A stretch of 64,000 bases of DNA from assembly GCA_043228905.1 (NCBI GenBank), contig JBHGNT010000021.1, positions 310,001 through 374,000 of the forward strand, in the 5' to 3' direction. The translations under genes and the position numbers were made by a program. Positions 11,201 through 21,473 of this stretch are shown here, piece after piece. The notes below the pieces were generated by a model. That model was not told the DNA's origin, ran no database searches, and worked only from the letters and a program-made list of their open reading frames with translations. This DNA comes from Azolla caroliniana. Lineage: Eukaryota > Plantae > Polypodiophyta. Numbering within the stretch: the first letter of the stretch is position 1; each line of letters begins with the position of its first letter.

Positions 11201-14200
11201 TTAACAATTGCAGTCTCGTATCCAGCCCCTGGTACAGCTGTCAAAAGTGTGCAGTCTCGGAATATCTGTCCGGTCTTACTGATCAAAGTTAAGTTAAAGT
11301 TTTTAGTGTCTGACCATCCAGTTGAGATGTCTACTGTGTTGTTGTAAGAGTCCTTCAGGTAAATGGTAATATAAACAAGATCTCCCGCCATTGTCATATT
11401 ACTCCCCGAAGACCATGATGCCAGACAGTTTTCAGAATATATGGGACCTGCATTCCTTTCAGGATCAGAAAAATGCTCCCAACAGCCATCTTACAACTCG
11501 TTAACTAAACTCTCATTAGATTTCTCATAATGGGGGCATACATGAATGAGATTATTAAATTGTTTTCAAATTATAGAAATTGGTAGTAGTGATCTTCTAA
11601 AACACATAACAAGGCCAAACTAATAATTTACAGAGGATATTTTTTGTGTTATGGATATCACTCTCCTGCATCCTACAACCATATGCAAGATTGAAAATTG
11701 TGAGCTCATATGATTCTCTCATCTAGTATATATGTGCTATTTGGAGCAGAGATGATCTAAATTTTACATGGTCGGTAGATGCTACGTCCACGTGTTTGTA
11801 CATCTAAGTGTCATTTGGTTAATTGTAGGTGAAAGCATGCAAAACAAAAAGTTGGCAGCCAAATATCTGCCCAGAGAGAAGCAGAGGAAGAGGTTTCCTC
11901 ATCTAATCACAAAACTCAGTAAGTATAACACGTTTCTGGCAGCGTTTCTATGAAGATGGTGACTGTACCGCAACCTTGAGAAAAAATGAGAACGATGACA
12001 CAGTGTTTAAGCCATTACTCTTATCTTTACTTTTATATTTACTGTGTAATATTTATTTTATTTTGATTTGTTCTCAAAGACGAGAAAACACTTAAGATGT
12101 AATCTCTTATTTGGTCTTATAGGCCATTTTGGCCTCTTAAAAGACGTTAATATATCTTTCTTTCTTTCTTTCTTTCTTACATGCTGTACCTTCTACTCTC
12201 AAAAAGAAACCGAGTGTCTAGAGTCCGATGAGGCATAAAGTCAATAAAAGAATTTTGAACAAAAGATCTGGATATCATTATAACTAAAACAAATGCAGTT
12301 CACACTTCTTGCATAGACAGAATTGTTGCACAGGCTTACAATGCACCAGAAGAAAATGCTCTAAGAAATCAAGGAAGATGCGCCCCACTGAAAAAGGTTA
12401 AGCTGAATAGGAGAAGTGTAAGGATGTGTTTGAGATAGTGCTGAAGGTAATGCTTGCTCAGGCACCTGTCATCCAACCTCAGGACTTGAACCATGTGTAC
12501 CATGTCTTTGTCGACACCTCAGACTCTGCTATCAGCAGCATCCTCATGAAGCTGTAAGATCCAAAATAGTATAGGCCAGTGTACTACACTAGTCAAAAAT
12601 TATCTAAACCAGAATTGCTCATCCACTGGGCATGAACAATGTCAACAAGTTCTGCCACTACCTCTTAAGACAGAAATTGACCTTTCACATAGATCACTCA
12701 GTGTTCCTGTATTTGGTGGCAAAGGCTGCACTCATCAGAAAACTCACGTGCTGGAGGATGTTGTTCCAGGAATTTACGTTTGCCATTTTCCATTGTCTGG
12801 GCCATAGGAATAAGGAGAAGTGCATAGAGGATGGACTGTACACAATTCAACGGCCCTTGAATTAAAGAGAAGGCTTGCAAACTGATGAGTGTAAATGTTT
12901 TCCTTGCCATCACATCATCACAAGAGAACCAAATCCAGACACCCAATAAAAGGAGTCAAGTGGAGCATGAAAGAGAATGAGTGGAGGTTGGCGGTTGGTG
13001 GTTGGTGGTTGGCGGTTGGTGGAGAGACAAGAAAGAAACCTATATTAATGAGGAGAAGTGGAGTATGCACTTGTGAGGAGATGTGGTGTGATGAAAGTGA
13101 ATAGAGGACTAACCACACAAAGTTTAACAGTCCTTGAATTAAAGAAGGCAGGAAAACTGATGAGTGGCAAGGTTTCCTTGCCACCACATGGACAACCAAT
13201 GAGGGATATCAAAAATAGGCCTTACTAATCTTTTTAGGAGGTTATTGAGCGTAAAGAAGGACGATTCCATGAGAATGCACTTGGAAAGCTTGGTGAAGAA
13301 ACAAGAAAGAAAGCTATTTCAACGTCTTTTAAGAAGCCAAATTGCCGATAACCTTTCCAAAACTGCACCTGAATCACATGTCTGATTCCCTGAAAGGGGG
13401 AACGAACATTGGCTGTATGTCAAATCTTTCAATCTAGATCCCTGCTTAGGTTATACCTCTTCAAATGATATTGCATGGCATGTATTGTTTCAAGTTTGTA
13501 TTAGAAAGGCAATTGCATTTTCTCTTTGTCAACGACATAATATAGACAGTTTAGCAGCTAGCTCTATGGGAGATAATAATGTGCTTGCATGAATAGTACC
13601 TATTGGGCTCTTCGGCCATAGCTCCCCAGAGACCCAAAACTTCTGAAATTGCAATTACTGATGCCATCTTAAAAGTTAACACACTGCAAGGCAGAAGCAA
13701 ATATTTTCATGTTTCAGCAGACTCTCAATAGCAAATTTACCTGAAGTAGCAACATTGAATATATATGGAGAACCCAATATGAATCCTGTTCCGGTTCTCC
13801 CTATGGATAATGTCCAATTTCCTACTTTGGTAGGAATAAAGCTGACATTGGCATATCCACTTTCTTGATCATACATCAATCTAAATTCCTTTACAAAACT
13901 TGAGTACTTCACCTCAAATTGATTGAGATCTGAAATTGTGGCTACACCTGTGGATACCTTTTTTATATTGTTGTATTTATCCTTCACAGGAAACATGAAG
14001 CTTGATAAGGCTCCAACCATGAGTTCATTACCAGTGGGCCAATACCCTGGACCACTATTCACAATGGACGCATTACCTATATCATAGTAAATATGATTTC
14101 TTTATGATCAAAGATGTTACATCATGAATGGAAAACAAAATTACATTAACTTGAAGATGTGGAAAAACAATATACCTGCCTGTAAAACTACAGTTGCTAT

Positions 14201-16460
14201 ATTTTCAACCATCAACATGGTGCCATTTGATTGCCGAGCATAAACCCTTACCACGTAGCTTACCATCAAATTAGCTAGACTATTTCCCCCTATGCAAGTG
14301 ATCCCGTAGACAGAGAACATTCTCTTTACATCACATAGAATTCCAACATTCATTCCATTTGTATCTTCAACCTGTGCTTGGAAACGATCTCCAGAGCCAG
14401 AATATAGTTTACACTTGGGACATTGTTGTGGACTACAACTTGCATTGTACATTTTTGTGCAAAGAATATCTTCGCATGCCATAATCAAAGATGCAAAAAC
14501 CAGGGTCAAAGGTTCACCCATTTTCATTATTCTTGGTTTATCACCGACATTCAGGAATCTGGAGCATTTCAGGCTAATTAAATAATCTGCAAATAAATTT
14601 AAAAACTAGAATATTATTTCCATATTTTAATTACAGAGGCTTACAACCTTTTTTATTTTAAGGACTACCTGTTGGGGATACACGTAGTGGTGGTGGTGGT
14701 GGTGGCGGCGGTGGTGGCATCGGCGGTGGTAGAAATATAGGTAAAAATTCAGATGCTGGTGGTGGCTCCTCTGAGAAAAATGTATCTGCTGCTAAACATC
14801 TACAGGGACCTGTAATGCTCATAAAATTATCAGCATGTATCAACCACGACTCAGATCTATTCAGTTATTTATTATCAATGCAGAAGAAACTAGCAAACCA
14901 ACCTGATTACTTGATTTCTCCATTTTCATAAGAGTTATGATGACTAATTAATTTATATAGAATATGTTCAGTATCGAGACTGGTCAGGAATCTGTCCATA
15001 TACAAGACAATGAAATTGAACTAGAAACATGGGTCATTCATAATCATTTGCCCACCATTGGCATGCACAAATGGTATTATCAGTATCCCAATGATTCTTC
15101 AACTTTTCTTGCCATTAATCTTTTTTACGATACAAACCCTAGGGCATGGCTTTGACCCTAGGATAGTTTTGTGTTTTTCTTTCTGCAAGTTCCTCTCATC
15201 TTTAAATACTTTTCCATTGTACTTTAGAAACTTTCCTTGACATTGTTTAGACCATGCTTAAATATTGAAATTAGCTCTAAATGTAGTGCAAATGGGTTGC
15301 TCATGCATAAAACAATGCATAAGCATGCATGAGTCAAATAAGCTAAATGGTAATGGCATTTTTTTGATGTTGTCTGCCATTAAGTTTTGAGGAGGCCAGA
15401 GTTTCAAACTTATGGAATGCTGATGCAAGGGAAATAATTTAGAGTTTCTTGCCACAAAATCATTATCTTAAAATGTTTGGCTTTGCAATTTAGCTGCCAG
15501 ATTTAAAATTTGCTTAGAATATGCTTGAATCTAATCATTCTCACCAAATCTAGTGCAAATGGCTGAATATTTCTAGTACAATATATCAGTATTACTGCTC
15601 CAAATCCAGCTGAGTTGCTACAAGTAGGCCTCAATAATGGAGATTACGCCAAACACATTGAAATGTTTCTCTAGCCACAAGATATCTCACCATCAAATAA
15701 ACTACCCTTGCAGTTTAAGCAACTTAGTTTTAACATTTTCTTGAATTTGCTCGATTATGACAATTTTTGCCAACTCTAGTACAGCAGGTTGACTATTTTT
15801 AGTCTTAATGGAACCCAATCCAGCAAGCTGCTACAAGAAGACTCAGGGAACGAACGAATTACATTAAACACAAACAAACATTCAGCCTTTTGTTTAAGAT
15901 CGTCATTTCTCTTGAAATCTTTTACAAGGCATCATCTTTTGGGGATTCGAACGAACTTCTACTCCCTGATTACACCACATCACAACAAAAAAAGTAGATT
16001 TCTGCAATTTTGACAGAACACTTCAGATTTAGAACTTCTGTAGATATCTTCTATCCACAATTCCATCAAAAGGAAGTAGATTTCTTGGCTACTTCTGGAG
16101 AAATATTTTGGGATTTAGTAGAAGAACTGAGAGTGCAGCCCTTATCCACCATTTGACCAACAGAAAGCAGACTTTCAGCGACATTTAGATAAGTTTCTAA
16201 ACAACAGCAAGTGGAGTTTTAACAACGTTTGTGTAACTTAGATTGCTTATGTAGAAAATTTTGGAATTTTAAATCTTCCATTCTTAATGCTACCGGTAGA
16301 AAAATAAGTTTTTTGGGAGGAATTTGGCAGCACATATTATTTCTTAGATAAATTTTGCATTCTGACAGAAAGTAAAATTATTTTTGGAACCTTTCGGTAG
16401 AAGAAGAATACCTGCGAGGAAAAGAAAGCACAGTTCCCAGAAGAAAAAGACGTTCGTCAT
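2282..16460 (-). CDS. GEX2: Secreted GEX2 (GAMETE EXPRESSED 2)-like protein with tandem filamin/Ig-like repeats; 3' part lies beyond the left edge
   Basis: GT-AG exons 16460-16412, 14809-14669, 14586-14176, 14076-13741, 11447-11112, 10671-10336, 3208-2882, 2611-2282 splice in frame. They give a signal peptide ([23 protein letters not shown]), a poly-Pro tract, a Cys-rich exon and five ~110-aa repeats (W..N..F.AGD....V...DSY.N ... GSP[FYLV].F.V..G) typical of filamin/ABP280 repeats. Orthology to GEX2 is inferred. Confidence 0.65.
3560..3821 (-). mobile_element. Decayed older LINE RT fragment, same family as 4140-8461
   Basis: [12 protein letters not shown]...[15 protein letters not shown] resembles the 6050-6305 part of the younger copy; it continues at 8784. 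Confidence 0.8.
4452..7891 (-). pseudogene. LINE ORF2 (AP endonuclease + reverse transcriptase), disrupted
   Basis: Starts [15 protein letters not shown]. Motifs ETH, GEFNAR, STVDY, SDH (APE); [45 protein letters not shown] (RT); [25 protein letters not shown]. Premature stops near 7700-7720 and 6620; frame change near 5520. Confidence 0.9.
7898..8461 (-). CDS. LINE ORF1 protein (RRM-like nucleic-acid binding), 5'-truncated
   Basis: [16 protein letters not shown]...WRVGR...ALIIRF...[16 protein letters not shown]...ARKEGKWA is typical of CR1/L2/RTEX-type ORF1; it stops 6 nt before the ORF2 ATG. Confidence 0.8.
   Translation of the reverse strand: MEANVTKEMQTWVDMAKDAKAQAEHAQNEIKANAPWIEVVKKQKGTSMDRVAMMNATLEEEAKRKARALHVRVVGWAEKGSPQEDAKNLGTKIGASDIPFASAWRVGRDESRAKALIIRFMDIDKKKAFLSKRKALKGEKIYLDDDLTPAQVAHRKENMPRVLDARKEGKWAVYRDDKVIITEKRTA
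8784..10270 (-). mobile_element. Decayed, fragmented older LINE copies of the same family
   Basis: Degenerate matches to 6308-7130 (8784-9620) and to 5890-6340 and 6650-6760 (9660-10270), e.g. [20 protein letters not shown] vs [20 protein letters not shown]. Confidence 0.75.
12026..12176 (+). mobile_element. Short 3'-end copy of the LINE (3' UTR + (CTTT)n tail), inverted relative to 4140-4282
   Basis: Reverse complement of 4140-4282 with only two mismatches seen by eye. Confidence 0.9.
12330..12860 (+). mobile_element. Decayed Ty3/gypsy RT-connection/RNase H fragment
   Basis: [41 protein letters not shown] and KFCHYLL...[14 protein letters not shown]-like motifs, with stops. Confidence 0.6.
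12854..13190. repeat. Imperfect ~60 bp direct repeat pair
   Basis: ccttgaattaaaga..aggc..aaactgatgagtg..ttccttgcca.cacat at ~12854 and ~13132. Confidence 0.7.
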
Positions 16461-16949
16461 ACTGGATTTCCTTCTTCGTACATCTTTGAAGAGAGGAAGG
16501 AAGGGGAAAGGATGAAGAAGAAACGATGAAAGCGATGCGTCAGGTAAATGTACATACAGTCGGCTTGGATTTTTTATGAAAATATAAAGAAACTGCTGTC
16601 CAGAATGGGGAGCTCCGAAATATGACTCAGAAACGCCGTGGCTTGGACGTCTTCTGAGAGGAGGGAGGCCATGGCTCTTTTCTCTTCCCTTTTCTCTTCC
16701 CAGAAAGAAGAGAGCAGCAGCACACACAGAAAAACACAAAAGAAACTAACCTGTAGGGGAGGGAGGGAGGGAGGCAGTGTTCCATACATAATACATATTT
16801 TGGTTGATCTCAGGGAATTAATTGTACGCACATTTTTTTAAGTACATATGTTACATCAACATGTATGTATGTATGTATTCACGTGTTGTTGGAGCGACGT
16901 GTTTTATTAGCTACCGGTTGGCACGGCAATCGCGGCCACGGACGCTACA

Positions 16950-17218
16950 GGTCACTCAACTGATGGCGCATGCAATCTGCACCGTCCGATTTGGATAATA
17001 AAAAACGCGTGATAAAAATGGTTGTCAGAGGTTTCCCAACTCGGAGTCCTCGGTCACCCAACTACCTATTGTGGTCGCCCAACCGATGCGTGGCCGCCCA
17101 AACCATTAACTAGTGTGATTGCCCAACCAAGCAACTCAAGTCACCCAACAGTATGTCTCTGCATCCAATTTTGGTCACCCAACTGACCAAACAAGTCGCC
17201 CGACCGACGTTTATAAAA
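16950..17218 (+). repeat. Array of nine GGTCRCCCAAC-like 11-mers followed by a TATA box; probable DNA-transposon subterminal region
   Basis: Copies at 16950, 17030, 17052, 17073, 17092, 17117, 17139, 17173, 17194; TATAAAA at 17212. Confidence 0.6.
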
Positions 17219-17777
17219 CCCTGAAACCTATCATCTTCTAGCATTTTTTCAAACGAGATTATCAGGGTTTTTTGCCGGGAAAGGTTTTCAGGCAGCCAGT
17301 CGTCGACGACATCCATTTGCCACATCTGCCATCGCCACCCATTTACTTTCCAAGTATGTATTTTACTTGTTTCTACTTTTTCTACGAATTGTTTTGGGTG
17401 TAGATCATATTTTTCATGTCGAGGGTTTGGGGTTCGGGAAAATGTTTAGGGTTTGTCTTGATAAACTGATTATTGATTATTGATTATTTAGGGTTTTGGT
17501 TTATTTATGATTAAATTTTTTGGTGTAAATCCTATTTTTCATGTCGAGGGTTTAGGATTTTTCTTGCTTATTGATTTCAGAAAATGTTTCGGTTTTTGCT
17601 TGATTGTTGATTATTGACTATAATTTAGGGTTTTGCTTGATTAAAGATAATAGTGTGTGCTTGAATATTGAATTCTGCAAATGTTTGATTTCTTATTCTT
17701 GATTTTGCTTGATTTCTATATATTTTCTTTTGCTTGAATTAGGGTTTAAATTTTTTGTTGTAAATCCTATTTTATAT

Positions 17778-19560
17778 AGCCGGCCCAATCGGCATTTGTG
17801 TACCCTTCAAGTCGAATTGGTGTGGCCGATTCGTAGAGAATACCAAAATCCATTGTGCCGCTCACGTATCGTAATACTCGTTTAGCACAATCCAAGTGGA
17901 TATCTCATGGAGTTTGCATGAATTGGTTAAGGAGGCCGACTGGATAGCTCAGGTCGGGTCGAGTGATTGTGAGGTAGATGAGACTCCCAATTACTTGTTG
18001 ATATTGAGTCGGCTCGTACTCTTCCGTGCCGAAGTCGGCATCCAGTTTGAGGTTTTGATCGAGAGGGGTTGCCACAGATTTACACTCAGCCATCCCGAAC
18101 TTGTATAACAAGTTAAGGATGTAATGTCATTGAGAGATCATAATGTCGGTTGGAGTCCGAATTACCTCGATGCCAAGGAAGTAATGGATCTCCTTCATGT
18201 CTGTCATCTCGAATTTGTTGGAGAGGAGGGATTTCACCTTGTTGATGTCGACTAAATGCTCACGTCCAATAAACAGATCATCCATGTATAGGATGATGAC
18301 AATCGGGCTTCTAGAGTCATTTCATACGTAGAGGGAGTTGTCGGATTTCGACATTCGAAAGCCAATTTGATGAAGATATTGCGTTATTTTCAAATGCCAA
18401 GCACGTGGTGCTTGCTTCAGGTCGTAGAGAGGCTTCTTGAGTTGGCAGACGGCTTTCGGATGAATGTTGGATTCAAAGTTGGTTGGTTGTACCATGTACA
18501 CCTCCTCTTCTAATTCGCCTTGAAGAAAGGCGTTCTTTACGTCCATTTGATGGAGGTGCCACCCTTTCGCCGCGACAAGTGCAATTACGGTCCGCACAGT
18601 CGTCATCTTTACCACCAAGGCAAAGGTCTCTTCATAGTCGACTCCATGTGTTTGTGTGTATCCTTTCACCACGAGTCGAGCTTTGTAGCGGTTGATGGAG
18701 CCGTTGGCATTATACTTCACCTTGTAAATCCATCTGCAGCCGATTGCCTTCTTCTACGGTGAGTAGGGAACGAGATCCCGTGTCTCGTTCTTGCATAGTG
18801 CTTGCATCTCCTCGTTCATTGCTTCGACCCATCATGGATCCTTGACTGCTTCTGATAAACTTTCCGGTTCTCAAATTGTCGCCACCTTCATCATAAAGGC
18901 ATAGTGGTATGCCATATAATCGTTGTAGCCGAATCGGCTAACTGGATTCTTCTCACGGGTGGAGCGACGGAGTTTTTTGTTTTCCGTGACAATGGTTTAC
19001 TTTACGCCAGATGTCCTCATGATAGGTACATCAAAGCCACCAAACTCATTGTCGAGGGAGTGAGTCAATTTGTTGTCGTCGAAGTGATCGTCTTCATATT
19101 CCGGTATTTTTGCCTTGCCTTTGTCCATCTTCGGACTAGGCCGAGATGTGCTTTGGTCACTCAAGGGCTCTTGTGGCCCACTAAGCCTTGTTGTAATCGA
19201 GCTTTCTTCGAACATGTGTTCTAGTCTATCTCCATCTTCTGTCTCTTGTTCAGCAGATTCCGGGTCGACTGGAAATGGTTCGGGAGGATTCGGCTCGGGT
19301 TCACACCATGATGCTGATTTGTTGAAGACTACATCTTGGCTTACACGAACCTTCCGATAGAGGGGTTATAACACTTGTACCCCTTTTGCTCCCGTGAGTA
19401 TCCAACGAGGATACATTTCTCCGACTTTGGGTCGAGCTTTTGTTGGTTCTCGTCGGGGATGTGCACATATGCAATGGAGCCGATATATCCGAACATGTGA
19501 TAGATCCAACTTCTTTCCGAAAACCTTCTCATGCGGGGTAACCTCATGCACGCCAGATGT
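17778..19560 (-). mobile_element. Decayed Ty1/copia pol fragment (integrase C-terminus, RT, start of RNase H)
   Basis: KLDPKSEKCILVGYS..KGYKCY, RYKARLVVKGYTQTHGVDYEETF, HQMDVKNAFLQGELEEEVYM, LKQAPRAW, GSLIYLTITRPDLSY, GYTNADWAG; stops and frameshifts. Confidence 0.92.
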
Positions 19561-21165
19561 TGTACACCATTATATTGTGCATCATTATCCCTTAGATGGA
19601 GTCATTTCATAGTAAATGACCATGTTTTCAAATTCAATACCACTACCATTGTCAATCAATCATCTAGATACCATACATTTGCATCACTATTGGATCATCT
19701 ACTACAAAAATTCAATAGAGCTGAACTTATACATATGACAAAATAAGTCTAAGCAACATACATTTTGTTGGATTTCAAAATGGATGTGTATGTCATTAAC
19801 TATGAGCTCCCTAAACTAGAAAATGATTGTGAGTAACAAGTTGTCAAAGAATAATATATGTGTTATGAATGCCAAAACGTCGATATAACTTGTTTTGCTC
19901 ATTGAATTTCTTGACAACCGCTCATTGTATAAACAAACATCAACTTGTGAAAATGTAGTGTCACAAATGTGCACTTGTTGTGTATGTCTTTTTCTTGAGC
20001 TTTCGAGTGTCAAAATACCATTATCCAGAATGATTCTTCTTCCTCTTCTATACTATATAATATTTATCATGCAATAATATGATTATGTCAAGGTCGCCAC
20101 CAGTATATTATTAGCTACTAGCTTGCTTCTTGCCCCATAAATGTAGCTTCTTCTCAAAATTGTAGAGGCCTATATCTCGCCCCAACATAACCAATCCTCT
20201 TCAGTGTGAGTTTCTCAATCATTGACAACATTGCCATGATCAAATCCTCATCAAAGTGGATTTAGATGGAAACATACAATTTCTACTGTTCATACTACTC
20301 ACTACAATTTTGATGACTTAATATTTTTACAAAAATAGAAGTCCATAACTAGCAATTGGCATCAAGTTGGTTTGGTTTGTGATGCTCAATTAAACTCGCC
20401 ATTTAAAAAAAACACTTTACGGGTTTTATGTTAATTTATAGATTAAAATGACCATTAAGTAATTTAAATACTTACATATACTAACAAGCTTGATAGATGA
20501 GCTGAATTGTTAACCAATTCTAGAGCTTAAACTGAACCAAGCCAAACCGTTTACCTCTTAAGCCATGAATCATCACCACCAATTACTATCCATAATTATA
20601 GCAAAATTCTATCAATACTATAATTCATTCTACATTATTGCAATTTGCAAGCATGGAAGGTAAGCTTTGCACAAATATGTCCTAGTTTTCACATTGTAAA
20701 AGGGCTAAAATGTCATGGGAGATGACACCTTACAAGACGCATGTACCAAATATGACCAACAATAAAGATTAGATCATGATTCTACAAAATGAGATGGCTA
20801 ATTAATCCCTGCATAAGGCAAAATGCAATATAATCATAAGACCAAGGCTATAACCATAATTCATACATAATCATGTAATCATCAAATAAATGCTAATGCA
20901 ACATCAAAATACTGGCTTTAGAAATAAGAAACAAGTATTGCTTACAATGTATTGGTATAGAAACATCAGATGATAATAACATGAATGGAAGGCTAGATGA
21001 ATACATTTAGGTTAATGAAATTGATATCTCAAACTCCAAATAAATACCGATAGACTACATCAATATGCTTATCTTTGAAATAATCCTCACTTCCAGGAAT
21101 GGTTGATTAGAATAAGAGAAATAAAGACCTTAAATATTGATGGAAATTCCTACATTGTTACAGCA

Positions 21166-21277
21166 CTCTTGTTGCATAATGCATTATCAGTTCTCATTGA
21201 ACGAGAAGAAAAACAACTACAACACTCTTGTTGCATAATGCATTATCAGTTCGCATTGAACGAGAAGAAAAACAACT
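21166..21277. repeat. 60-bp period tandem duplication downstream of RH42
   Basis: ctcttgttgcataatgcattatcagttc.cattgaacgagaagaaaaacaact occurs twice. Confidence 0.85.
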
Positions 21278-21473
21278 TTCCTTCTTAATGTCGTAAGAAG
21301 TTACAAATAGAGTCTTACCTCATGTAACCCTTTTCCAACCTGAATCCCAAATAAATACAAGTCAATCTACCACTGAACTTCATATCTAAGATTGACCCTC
21401 TCTGAAAGTGCTCATTCTCTTAACAGGAAACTTTTCATTGAAAACTCTGTATTGGCATTACACCAGCAGGAGA

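Noticed and set aside
13150-13195. Possible hammerhead ribozyme: CTGATGA followed by the stem GTGGCAAGG-TTT-CCTTGCCAC, with a second copy at ~12882
   Set aside because: The required GAAA after stem II is absent (CACA), and no stem I/III or NUH cleavage site could be formed
17030-17204. CRISPR-like repeat-spacer pattern
   Set aside because: Repeats are only 11 bp and degenerate, spacers 8-23 bp, eukaryotic context, no cas genes
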